Positions 48,670 through 58,413 of a DNA stretch of 64,000 nucleotides are shown here, piece after piece; position 1 is the stretch's first letter; each line of letters begins with the position of its first letter. The stretch comes from a bacterium (lineage in GTDB: Bacteria > Hinthialibacterota > Hinthialibacteria > Hinthialibacterales > Hinthialibacteraceae), in contig CAXXMV010000002.1 in the NCBI GenBank assembly GCA_963662285.2, forward strand, positions 1,728,001 through 1,792,000. Reading direction: 5' to 3'. A model generated the notes under the pieces. That model searched no databases, was not told the origin of the DNA, and saw only the letters and a program-made list of their open reading frames with translations. Both the position numbers and the translations under genes were made by a program.

Positions 48670-49215
48670 TCAAATCCCCGCATAGTCATTATCAATCAAC
48701 GGATTGGTCTTATCGCGTTGGGAGAGTTCCGTGATTTCTTCTGGCCATTTTATGCCCAGTTTGGGGTCGTTGTAGCGGATTCCGCCCAGGTGGTCGGGGC
48801 TGTAGTAGTTGGTGGTGAAATAGATTACTTCGGTGTTTTGTTCCAGGGTTTGGAATCCGTGGGCGAAGCCTTCGGGGATGTAGAGCATGGTCATGTTTTC
48901 TTCGGAAAGGATTTCTCCTTGCCATTGCAGGAAAGTTGGTGAATCTTTCCTGATATCCACCGCCACATCAAAAATGGCGCCTCTGACGCATTTAATGACT
49001 TTTACTTCCGCTTCTGGTGGATATTGGAAGTGAAGGCCCCGCAGAGTTCCTTTTCCCGCGTTTCTGGTATGATTGACTTGGATAATAGGTTTAGTTAAAC
49101 CGATCTGATCCAATTCATGTTGGGTGAACACTTCAGAGAAGAATCCCCGGTTATCTTTAATAATTTGCGGTTGGCAAATGAATAGGTCTTTTATTTTAGT
49201 ATCAATAATTTTCAT
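48670..49215 (-). CDS. rfbC: dTDP-4-dehydrorhamnose 3,5-epimerase
   Basis: DNRGFFSE, GTLRGLHFQ, DVAVDIRKDSPTF, PEGFAHGF, NDP.LGI.WP. Confidence 0.93.
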   Translation of the reverse strand: MKIIDTKIKDLFICQPQIIKDNRGFFSEVFTQHELDQIGLTKPIIQVNHTRNAGKGTLRGLHFQYPPEAEVKVIKCVRGAIFDVAVDIRKDSPTFLQWQGEILSEENMTMLYIPEGFAHGFQTLEQNTEVIYFTTNYYSPDHLGGIRYNDPKLGIKWPEEITELSQRDKTNPLIDNDYAGI

Positions 49216-49359
49216 ACGGTCTCTTTAGGTGAATGTTGTGTAGTGTTGAACCTTATCTTAATGGAATTGAAACGTATTTTAAATAGCGGCAATATTGGTT
49301 TTACGCTTAAATGCTATATAGATATGTAATAAATAATCTGGTGATGATAAGAAAATTTA

Positions 49360-49398
49360 TTGACAAGAGCCAGTTATAATCGATAGAATCAACTGGCT
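49360..49398 (+). promoter_or_regulatory. Candidate sigma70 promoter with overlapping inverted repeat
   Basis: TTGACA (49360) -18 nt- TAGAAT (49384); agccagtt/aactggct inverted repeat spans the -10 box. Confidence 0.4.
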
Positions 49399-49617
49399 TT
49401 GCTCAAGTATGCTTAGATACTCTTTGGATTTAGGTAATCCCGATTAACAAACCAAAAGCAAAAATGAATGCCATTGTGTTCAGCATTTTAAATGTTTTAT
49501 ATCGATTGTATTGTTTTCAGTAAAAAACGTTTGTTTTATAAAAGTTCCCTATTATGCATAAGTAGTTTCTATAAAATAGAATTTATAAATTCATACTTAT
49601 TAAAAAGGAGAATGGAA

Positions 49618-51015
49618 ATGGGTAAAAAGTTTTGTCTATCAGTAATGATGTTATGCATCATAGCGGTTCCGGCATCTATGGCTCAGAGTCTTACCTACGA
49701 GATAAGTGAACCTGTTATATTGGGGGATCTTCTAACGGCGCGGGCCAATATGTCGATAAGCACTCATGAACCTATAGCGCTTCTGGTTACAGTGGACACT
49801 TCCAATTATTATGAATTCGCCGATCCCATCACGGGCGAAATCGCACAGGCTGCGGTTTTGGGATTCTTTTACAATACCATCACGCTTGAACCTATTGGCG
49901 AACCGTTCATCATCGTGGGGAATCCCGGCAGTGATTTTGATACTCTGGATGTGGATTACAACCCCGTCTCACAGCAATACATTGTCGCAGCCTCCGCGAA
50001 TAATTATCTTCCCGGGGGAGGCCAGGCCAATTTACTCTCCATCGTCAGTTCATCCACCGCCGAACCAGTTGTCAAAGCCTGGGTATACGAACCGGACAGC
50101 GCAGAAAGCTTTGACGATATCGCCGTCAGTTGCAGTTCTAACAACGGCAACATTCTGATGGTTTCAGAACGTAATTTTGCAGGTGAAGGCGAAGGCGTCA
50201 TCGGAGCGCTTTTTGATCAGGATGGAAACCTCCTGACTCCAAATTTCGGACGGCTCGATCAACTCCAGCCGACTGGTGATGAAGATGATCCTGACGTCGT
50301 GTTCCTGCCCGTTAACGATGTCTTTCTGTTTTTAGTGAACACCGATGATGGCACTTATCAAGACCGGATAACCGGCGCGGTCATTTTGCCTGTGCCTGAT
50401 GCGGACGGTAATATGCAAATCGGTGAGCAGCAGATTTTGGGATCCGAACGTAAACCAGCTACAGCTCAAGGCCATCCGGCAGCCATCGAGAATCCTTTTA
50501 ACAGCGAACTGGTCGGCGTATTCGATTACTCCAATGGCGCTGATGGCGGCGATGTATTCTACTTCACGGTTGGCGGCGCCCCGGATTATGTCCTATCCGA
50601 AGCCCGCGATCAGGTTGCTTACCTTGAAGCCGCTGGCAGTAATCCGGTCAACCAGCGCCACCCCCAACTCGCCGCCGATCCCAGCAGCGGCGTAATAGTA
50701 GTCGCATACAACGTCAACAATGATACCAATGCGCTCGAGGCAGGCGGCATTCTATTCACTGTCTTGGGGCCGGATGGCGGGGTTTTGCCTGACAACGGAA
50801 ATTCGGTCGGGACGGATCAGGTCATCTATAAAATGACGCCGGATGAATTAGGAGTCATCAGCAATGACGCCAATAACTATAACATGCTCTACGATCCTCA
50901 CAGTGATTCGTTTATTTGCGTCTATGCCACCAACGAACAATACACCAAAGCTGTTCGTCTGAAGATCACTTCAAATCATCTACCCGTGAGCGTTGATTCG
51001 TGGATGTTGCATTAG
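49618..51015 (+). CDS. Secreted acidic beta-propeller-like protein with C-terminal tail motif
   Basis: aaggag RBS; signal peptide MGKK..SMA|Q; about seven repeated blade-like motifs; ends VSVDSWMLH. Confidence 0.8.
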   Translation: MGKKFCLSVMMLCIIAVPASMAQSLTYEISEPVILGDLLTARANMSISTHEPIALLVTVDTSNYYEFADPITGEIAQAAVLGFFYNTITLEPIGEPFIIVGNPGSDFDTLDVDYNPVSQQYIVAASANNYLPGGGQANLLSIVSSSTAEPVVKAWVYEPDSAESFDDIAVSCSSNNGNILMVSERNFAGEGEGVIGALFDQDGNLLTPNFGRLDQLQPTGDEDDPDVVFLPVNDVFLFLVNTDDGTYQDRITGAVILPVPDADGNMQIGEQQILGSERKPATAQGHPAAIENPFNSELVGVFDYSNGADGGDVFYFTVGGAPDYVLSEARDQVAYLEAAGSNPVNQRHPQLAADPSSGVIVVAYNVNNDTNALEAGGILFTVLGPDGGVLPDNGNSVGTDQVIYKMTPDELGVISNDANNYNMLYDPHSDSFICVYATNEQYTKAVRLKITSNHLPVSVDSWMLH

Positions 51016-51040
51016 AAGACTTGTTTTGAAAAGCAACCCC

Positions 51041-51072
51041 AAGGGCTGAGAGTTTTTCTCAGCCCTTTTTTA
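51041..51072 (+). terminator. Rho-independent terminator
   Basis: aagggctgaga-loop-tctcagccctt followed by a T run. Confidence 0.85.
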
Positions 51073-51093
51073 TTATATTTGGAGTTCTACTGA

Positions 51094-53366
51094 TTAGTTA
51101 TCAATGACATAAGCATTAAGTTTACGGCGCCTGGATGAATCCGGCGTATCTTCTTTGGATTCCATCCAATAGGGCAGCATCCAGAATACGCCGTTGCTTT
51201 CCAAATGACCTGCGTCGTCGTTGAAATCTCCTGATACGATAGCCCAGGGATTCTTATCCCAGCGCATTACGCCGCGTTCGCTGGGAGGCGGCATGCGGTC
51301 TACCTGCATCGGCTCAAATATGGGGAAACGGACGGTTCCAATATCTTCCCGTTTGGAACTGTCAATCCTCCACTGAACCAGATCGAGCGGTTGGTCGCGC
51401 AGGAACTCTATGCACTGATCAAGATGGAAATTCTCTCCTCCGGTCAGACCGAACATGAAGTTGAAAAAGGGATTTTGTTCATTATCAACCGTTCGATATG
51501 CCCAGGTGTATCCCTCCAGCAGCACGGAGCGGATGGCGGGATCGTCTTCATATAACATCAATCCCGGTGCGGCCATAGTCATCAGATCGTCATCGATATG
51601 AGTGCGGTCAGCCCGGCCATAACTTTTAGGTCTGCCGCGCCATTTCCAGATAACCATGTTGGTTGATCAGTTTCAAGTATTCTTTCTGATATTTTTTGTC
51701 GCCAGTGATATGAAGGGCTGTTTTTAGAAATGACAAAATCTCAAAGGCGTTGATCGGCGCTTCGACCCGCCAGTCGGGATCGTTATGCAATTTCTCTGGA
51801 GACCAGACGCCCCACCGGGTATTCTTGCCATCAATATCCAGCAATTCATAACCGTTATCAATAATGTAGTCCATGATCTTGGCGACCAGCGTTTTTATCC
51901 GTTCTCTACGCCCTTTATCTGCGGCTAAGTCGTAATAGAAAAGATAACTGAACATGTGTCCGGTTATTTCATCTGAACTGGTGTCGCCTTTCCAAAGCCA
52001 TTTGCCATCGCTCGATGGACGCCAGCGATTTTCAATCGGTTTGTATCTTGGGTCGCGCACCCTGTGTTCAACCGCCTGTTGTTCTGTGTAGGTGCGGTTG
52101 GGATCAGCCATCTTTTTCCAGTCGCCGGGGATGATGGTGCGCGCCACGAATCCTTTGGTTTCGGTGATAGTCTGAAGCATTTCCAGGGCATCGAAGGCTT
52201 TATCGGCGTTTATCTTGGCCTGCGGGTCTTTGGTTACAGCGTAACGCAATGATTCCATCACCATGTAGATGCCGGTATAACTGCCGTCGTTATCATCATC
52301 AAGCGCTTCATAAACGCTATGGTCGGCGGGATCGGGGAAGCGGCATTTCTCCACGAACCAAGGCGTCTCTGATATGGCGTTTCTGACAGATTTCCAGATA
52401 ATATTCGGCTTTGTCCTGCAAGGTCATCATACGGGATTTAATGGCGCTGACTCCCGCAGCTGTGGCAATCCAGGCAGCGCCATTTTGGTCGAAGGCGATA
52501 TCGCGCACATCGTCGCTCAGCAGCCAGCGCTTGGAATGTCGAAGAGACCAATTGCGTCCATCATACCTGACAACGCCCAGAGCGGTTCCTATCCAAAGAC
52601 GCCCATCGGGACCGTTAGCTAGCGCATGAACATCGAAATTGGGCAAGCCATCATCCTGGTTTATGGTATTGATTCTCACTCCATTCTCATAAACATCCAT
52701 GCCGCCGAACTCGCCGATCCACAAACGGTTATCCGGCCTGATGAGCAGCGAGGTGAGTTCTGATGAATACAGTGCGTCATCCTGATAGTAGCATTGAACC
52801 TGTCGGCCCTGCTTACGGTAGAGTCCTATGCCGGTTGCGATCCACAGATCATCCTTACCGGCGAAAACCGCGTCGCGAATATTACCCGACCATTGGCGCT
52901 TGATGCTCTTCCATTTTCCGTCATCGCATTGCCAGGCCTTATCCGGTCCTAAAGCTACCATGCGGCCTGGGCGCCCCGCAATAACTGATACTGCGGTATT
53001 TATCTGCGCAATTTTATCGACTTGATCCTGGGCGACGCGGTATAAACCATCCCATGCGCCGACCCATAGAACGCCTGCATCATCCAGGTAAAGATCATAC
53101 AGCGGGCCGTCGGTTACCTGCTCGTTGCGGCGCCATACGCCATCCTGCAAGACGAATAGACCGCCCTTGGTCGCCGCCCAGACTTTACCGGTCGCGTCGA
53201 CCGTTATGGCGCGGACGTCATTGGCCTCAGCCCCGGTTAGGGGATAGGGTTCATGATATTCCTGCGCAAAGGGAACGTCTTTAACCGGAACTACCGCGTT
53301 TGCATTGATCGCGGCGAAGATCGCAAAAACCGTTGATAATACAATCGTGAATGATATTTTTTTCAT
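51094..53366 (-). pseudogene. Secreted Reg_prop beta-propeller + helical-barrel protein split by two +1 frameshifts
   Basis: Three overlapping ORFs rejoin if one base is removed near 52364 (RHIRD/PWFVEKC) and near 51634 (EMAR/RPKSYG); LWIGT repeats, WKGDTSSDE. Confidence 0.8.
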
Positions 53367-53553
53367 ATTTAAGTTCCTATATTTTCCAGCGGGAGTAGAA
53401 ATCATGTCTGTTTGTAGTCATATCCCCACTGATTTACAGTAATAGTTCAGACACATGAAGGAATAAGATGCTTCATCGGGCTGACCGATTAACTTTTTCT
53501 CAAAGCACCTGATAGTTTTATCATGAATGAGGTTGAGTTTCCAGCAGGGGAGG

Positions 53554-54255
53554 TTAGAAAAGCAGGTCTTGATCCATTTTTTGTTTCTTGACTTCAATTG
53601 GCTCAATGCAATCGGGCGACTCGTTGCGGGCGTTATTGACTAAAGAGCCTACCTGATGCAGCGCCATCTGATCGGGGGCGTATGGCCTCAGCATTTGTTT
53701 CAATATCTCCTGACGTTGCATTTGGGGATCAAGCCAGGCGTCATGCTGATCAATCGGCAGTATTACCGGCATACGGGGGTGGATGGGTTTGACCAGATCA
53801 TTGGCGTCAGTTGTTAGAACAGTACACGACTGAATCTCGGCGCCATCGGGTGATTGCCATTTCTCCCATAATCCCGCCATAGCGAAAGGTTGTTTGTCTT
53901 TGAGATAGATATAATGCGCTTGTTTGGCGCCGCTTTTCCGCCATTCATAAAAACCGTCAGCCGGAATCAGGCAGCGGCGCGAGCGGGCCGCTTTACGGAA
54001 AGAGGGCTTCTCAAACACCGTTTCGCTCTTGGCGTTGATCATGCGTGCTCCGATTGATGCATCCTTAGACCACGGTGGAATCAAACCCCACCGCAATTGA
54101 GCCAACTCCCTCTCAGAGTTATTAACCGCGATGCGCACCACTGCCGCATCCTGGGTGGGGGCGATGTTAAACCGGGGCTGCACCGGAGCGCGGTTCAATC
54201 GGAAAATCCGTTTGATCAATTCCTCCGATGATATCAATGAAAACCTGCCGCACAT
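53554..54255 (-). CDS. SOS response-associated peptidase (SRAP/YedK/HMCES family)
   Basis: MCGRF, RFNIAPTQ, WGLIP.W, INAKSET, DGFYEW, IHPRMPVIL. Confidence 0.95.
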   Translation of the reverse strand: MCGRFSLISSEELIKRIFRLNRAPVQPRFNIAPTQDAAVVRIAVNNSERELAQLRWGLIPPWSKDASIGARMINAKSETVFEKPSFRKAARSRRCLIPADGFYEWRKSGAKQAHYIYLKDKQPFAMAGLWEKWQSPDGAEIQSCTVLTTDANDLVKPIHPRMPVILPIDQHDAWLDPQMQRQEILKQMLRPYAPDQMALHQVGSLVNNARNESPDCIEPIEVKKQKMDQDLLF

Positions 54256-54258
54256 GTT

Positions 54259-54909
54259 TTAACATTCTGTTGTTAAGGGATTACTTTTTATTATATCACC
54301 CTGATTATTTATATCAGAATTATCTTCTGCAACCGATTGGCGTTGAAATCTCTTATAAACCACTACTGTACCAGCGATGTAATCATGTATTGCCCGTCTT
54401 CGTCGATTGGATATACAGACAAACGCTTCACTCCAAATCCATATATACCCAAGGATTTGCCATATTATATACCAAGCCGGATAATAACCTTCCAGAAGTA
54501 TAGATCGGTCACTAAAGCCTTGTGAGGCATAGTCCGAATAATCTACTAGAAGAAGCGCCCAAACCTGAGCGATAATCAAGAAAAAACTAAAGACCAAATT
54601 TACTGAACAGCGTTTCCATGCCTCAATCCATCCAATGCGCGAACCATCAGGTTTTGTTATTCGTATACCTACGGCTAATTTACCAAGATTACCGCCAAAT
54701 CGGGCATCTAAATAAACATGGAACAAAGAGAATAATATTTTGTAGGTAATAGTAATAGTTATTGCCATGATTATGTTGAAAGTTACAAAGGAGTTAAATA
54801 AATAACTTATTGGTAATATTAACATTACGTTAACTAAACCAGCGTAAAAACGTCTCCATACGCCGGCATATACTCTTTTTCCCTCAATCCTGATTGGTAA
54901 GAATTCCAT
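54259..54909 (-). CDS. RDD family membrane protein (copy 2)
   Basis: YAGVWRRF, GG.LGK...GIRI, RAIHDYIAGT. Confidence 0.88.
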   Translation of the reverse strand: MEFLPIRIEGKRVYAGVWRRFYAGLVNVMLILPISYLFNSFVTFNIIMAITITITYKILFSLFHVYLDARFGGNLGKLAVGIRITKPDGSRIGWIEAWKRCSVNLVFSFFLIIAQVWALLLVDYSDYASQGFSDRSILLEGYYPAWYIIWQILGYIWIWSEAFVCISNRRRRAIHDYIAGTVVVYKRFQRQSVAEDNSDINNQGDIIKSNPLTTEC

Positions 54910-54970
54910 GTTTTTCCTTTGTTGAAAATAAATCTTATAATATCCATTTTGTAATAAACACTTATACTTA

Positions 54971-55030
54971 TTACAACAGAATCCGTTTGATCAATTCTTC
55001 CGATGATATCAACGAAAACCTGCCGCACAT
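54971..55030 (-). pseudogene. Duplicated SRAP 5' fragment (MCGRFSLISSEELIKRILL-stop)
   Basis: 54980-55031 matches 54205-54256 with two mismatches, both synonymous. Confidence 0.85.
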
Positions 55031-55070
55031 GGTTTTTACATTCTGCTCGGTATTTAGTCTTTAATTCGGC

Positions 55071-55727
55071 TTAATCCCACATACCAGCCAAATATTTCTG
55101 GTCATCCTCGGATGCTTCAGTGGAATCCTGTTCAGTATCATATCCTGCAGCAAGTTGATCTAGAACTCTCTTATGAACAACTACTGTTCCACCAATCAAA
55201 TCGTGTATGGCTCGTCTGCGACGATTACATAGACATACAAACGCTTCACCCCAAAACCATAAACCCATAAGAAGACCAAGAAGGATACCCCAGGATGGAT
55301 GATGAGATCCTATAATTTCATTTTTACCCATAAAATCTGCTGAGGAATACTTTACAAAATCAACCTGAATTAGCGCCCAAATCGATAAGACAATCGATAC
55401 TAAAGCAAATACTAAATCTACAGATGAACGTTTCCATGCTTCAATCCACCCGATGCGCGATCCATCAGGTTTTGTTACGCGTATGGCTACGCCAAGTTTA
55501 CCGAGAGTACCGCCAAAACGGGCATGGAAATATACGGTATACAAAGCAAAGAGAAGAGATGAGGGAATTGTAATAGCTATTGCCAGGATTTTATCTAAAC
55601 TACCTATGTAGCTAAATAAAAACGTTATAGGGATGAAAATAATTCCATCAGCAGCACCAGCGCAAAAACGTTTCCAGAAACCAGCATATACTCTTCGGCC
55701 CTCAATCCTGAGTGGTAAGAATTCCAT
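55071..55727 (-). CDS. RDD family membrane protein (copy 1)
   Basis: YAGFWKRFCAGAAD, GGTLGK, RAIHDLIGGT; same MEFLP start and aaagga RBS as copy 2. Confidence 0.9.
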   Translation of the reverse strand: MEFLPLRIEGRRVYAGFWKRFCAGAADGIIFIPITFLFSYIGSLDKILAIAITIPSSLLFALYTVYFHARFGGTLGKLGVAIRVTKPDGSRIGWIEAWKRSSVDLVFALVSIVLSIWALIQVDFVKYSSADFMGKNEIIGSHHPSWGILLGLLMGLWFWGEAFVCLCNRRRRAIHDLIGGTVVVHKRVLDQLAAGYDTEQDSTEASEDDQKYLAGMWD

Positions 55728-55985
55728 GTGTTTTTCCTTTGTTGAAAATATATCTTGTGATAGACCTGCTATAATAAGCACTTATACTTATTACAACAGA
55801 ATTTGCCTATTCTGTCATAAAGAAGGGGTATTGTCAATAATTACTTTATATAATCATGCTTTTTAATGCTTCACATGTAGAAAAAAACAAAATACGCTTG
55901 ACCAATCCATCTAATCCGTCACAATAAACATATATTCAACCGCGCAGCATCAACGGTGTAACTATTTGATTCGAGGTGATATCTC

Positions 55986-56561
55986 ATGGCTCTTACTGCT
56001 TCAACCATGCTTCCTTTGGGGACGCCAGCGCCAGATTTTGCGCTGCCCGATATTGATGGTAAAACGGTATCGCTGGATGACTGCCGGGACGCCAAAGCCT
56101 TGCTGGTTATGTTTATCTGCAACCATTGTCCATTCGTGGTTCATGTAAGGGATGAGTTGGCCAGGATCGGTCGCGATTATCAGGAAAAAGGCGTGGCCAT
56201 TGTCGCCATTAGTTCAAACAATGTGGAAACCCATGCCGCCGACAGTCCCGCTTTGATGGCTGAAGAGGCCAGGAGCGCCGGATATAGTTTCCCTTATCTC
56301 TATGATGAGTCGCAGGAAATCGCCAAAGCCTATCAGGCCGCCTGTACGCCTGATTTCTTTCTGTTTGATGGCGACCGTAAGTTAGTATACCGTGGGCAGT
56401 TGGATGACAGCCGGCCCAACAATGGCCTTCCCGTAACCGGGGCTGATCTTCGCGCTGCGCTGGACGCTGTAATTGCTGGAAAACCTGTCTCGGCTGAACA
56501 GAAATCCAGCATGGGCTGCAATATTAAATGGAAGCCCGGTAATGAGCCGAAGTATACATGA
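55986..56561 (+). CDS. Thioredoxin family (AhpC/TSA-like) protein
   Basis: APDFALP, FICNHCPFV, AACTPDFF, YRGQLDD, SMGCNIKW. Confidence 0.93.
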   Translation: MALTASTMLPLGTPAPDFALPDIDGKTVSLDDCRDAKALLVMFICNHCPFVVHVRDELARIGRDYQEKGVAIVAISSNNVETHAADSPALMAEEARSAGYSFPYLYDESQEIAKAYQAACTPDFFLFDGDRKLVYRGQLDDSRPNNGLPVTGADLRAALDAVIAGKPVSAEQKSSMGCNIKWKPGNEPKYT

Positions 56562-56574
56562 TGGGATTGGGTGT

Positions 56575-56655
56575 GGTGGTTTGATTTTTGAGGTGGTTCT
56601 TTGATGGGTCGGTGAAGCGCTGACCCATCTCATTAGCGGTCTTGCCCTTGGCGCC
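56575..56655 (+). repeat. Interrupted Family A1 copy containing a Family D hairpin
   Basis: ggtggtttgat (56575) ... gatgggtc-gacccatc (56603-56629) ... gcggtcttgcccttggcgcc (56636-56655). Confidence 0.6.
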
Positions 56656-56836
56656 TCTCCCGTCCTTGGCGTCCGTTATTACTTCCGTCATTTTTTGGAT
56701 GAGATGCCATGTTAATTCTTATGGGAATCATTCTCAGTAGGAATTACATATTTGATAAAACCGAATATAATCAATATAGAGAGGTCTTTATTAAGATCAT
56801 AATTTCTCAAAAATAACCTTCGACGAAAGGCTTTTA

Positions 56837-58339
56837 ATGCTTCCCGCGATTACTTTACGTAACCTACCTTTAAAACTCAACTTGTTTGTACTAGAAACCA
56901 TCTTTTCCACTAATCGAATTCAATGGAAAGATGCGGTTTTATGCCCTGATTCAGATGATTCACTCATTGCTTTTGTACTATTAAAAAGCGCGAAATCCGT
57001 TAAATACGCCATGCAGAAAATGAATGAATGCGAAATATCTGACAGGATTATTGAAATATTACCTTCAACCGAAGAAGAAATTGCGCGATTAGAAGAAGAA
57101 CTCGAAAAAACGCGCCAAAAAGAAAAAGAGACTTCCCGCAGTTCTAATAACATTAATTCTTCATCTGAAGATAAACAATTACCTAAAGATAATAAATTGC
57201 CTGATGAGGATGAAGATGAAGACAAAGAAGAAGTCGATAATATTGAATGTCTTCCATTTTCTTCAATGGGCTTATCTGATGCGGTAATGCGGAATTTGGA
57301 ACGTTTAAAGTTTGAAACAGCAACCCCGATCCAGACGTTGGCTATACCCCCGGCTTTGGAAGGGTGTGACATTATCGGTCGCGCCCAGACCGGAACAGGG
57401 AAGACGATGGCTTTCGGCATCCCCATAGTGGAACTGTTATTGAAACATCCCGGAAAAGGTCTACGCGCCCTGGTTATTGCGCCTACCCGCGAGTTGGCTG
57501 TTCAAATCAAGGATGTCATTGCAGACATCATTGTTGATACAGGTCTGAAAACACTGGTGGTTTATGGTGGAGACAATATCCTTGATCAAATGCTCACTTT
57601 GCGTGACGGTATAGATATACTGATCGCTACTCCGGGACGTTTGTTGGATATTCAGAGCCGCGGCCGCTTACGGGTTGATGCGGCGGAAATTCTGGTATTG
57701 GACGAAGCGGATCGAATGTTGGATATGGGATTCCTGCCTCAGATGACCAAAATTTTCCATTGTTTCTATGAACATCCCCAAACCATGCTGTTTTCAGCCA
57801 CTATACCTACGGAACTGGGTAAACTGACAGGCATAAACTTAAAGAATCCCGTATTGGTTGATGTGGGAGCCACTGATTTAACTCCACTCGAAGCCGTATC
57901 GCAAAAGGTATTATACCTCTCTCCTGAAGAGAAAGAGCACTATCTTTATGATCTGCTGGATCATGAAAGCGGCCCGGTTCTCGTTTTTGCCAAAACCAAG
58001 CGTTCTACCGAGCGGCTCGCTCAAACGTTAAAATCCAAGGGTTACTCGGCGACGCGGATTCATGGTGATATTGATCAGAGCATACGTACCCGCGCTGTAG
58101 AAGCATTCCGCAATGGAGAGTATAAAATCCTGGTGGCAACCGACGTCGCTTCGCGGGGATTGGATATAGATGGCATCGCCCATGTGGTTAATTTCGATCT
58201 ACCCATGGCGCCGGAAGATCATCTGCACCGCATAGGCCGCACTGCCCGCGCCGGAGCAACCGGCAAAGCCACTACCTTCATAACTCACAAAGAACGCCGC
58301 ACCATCAAACCATTCAACGTTGTGCTTGGACAGGGATAA
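56837..58339 (+). CDS. DEAD-box RNA helicase with N-terminal RRM-like domain and acidic linker
   Basis: TPIQ, AQTGTGKT, PTRELA, TPGR, DEAD, SAT, HRIGRTAR. Confidence 0.93.
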   Translation: MLPAITLRNLPLKLNLFVLETIFSTNRIQWKDAVLCPDSDDSLIAFVLLKSAKSVKYAMQKMNECEISDRIIEILPSTEEEIARLEEELEKTRQKEKETSRSSNNINSSSEDKQLPKDNKLPDEDEDEDKEEVDNIECLPFSSMGLSDAVMRNLERLKFETATPIQTLAIPPALEGCDIIGRAQTGTGKTMAFGIPIVELLLKHPGKGLRALVIAPTRELAVQIKDVIADIIVDTGLKTLVVYGGDNILDQMLTLRDGIDILIATPGRLLDIQSRGRLRVDAAEILVLDEADRMLDMGFLPQMTKIFHCFYEHPQTMLFSATIPTELGKLTGINLKNPVLVDVGATDLTPLEAVSQKVLYLSPEEKEHYLYDLLDHESGPVLVFAKTKRSTERLAQTLKSKGYSATRIHGDIDQSIRTRAVEAFRNGEYKILVATDVASRGLDIDGIAHVVNFDLPMAPEDHLHRIGRTARAGATGKATTFITHKERRTIKPFNVVLGQG

Positions 58340-58413
58340 ACCACGTTTAATCATTAACCATTGGCGCCTGTTCATATTAACCTCGTTTTTTTTACGCAGG
58401 TAATTATTATCAA

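Noticed and set aside
49390-49600. Riboswitch in the long leader of the 49618 gene
   Set aside because: Only weak hairpins; I recognised no conserved aptamer motif. An Rfam scan would be needed.
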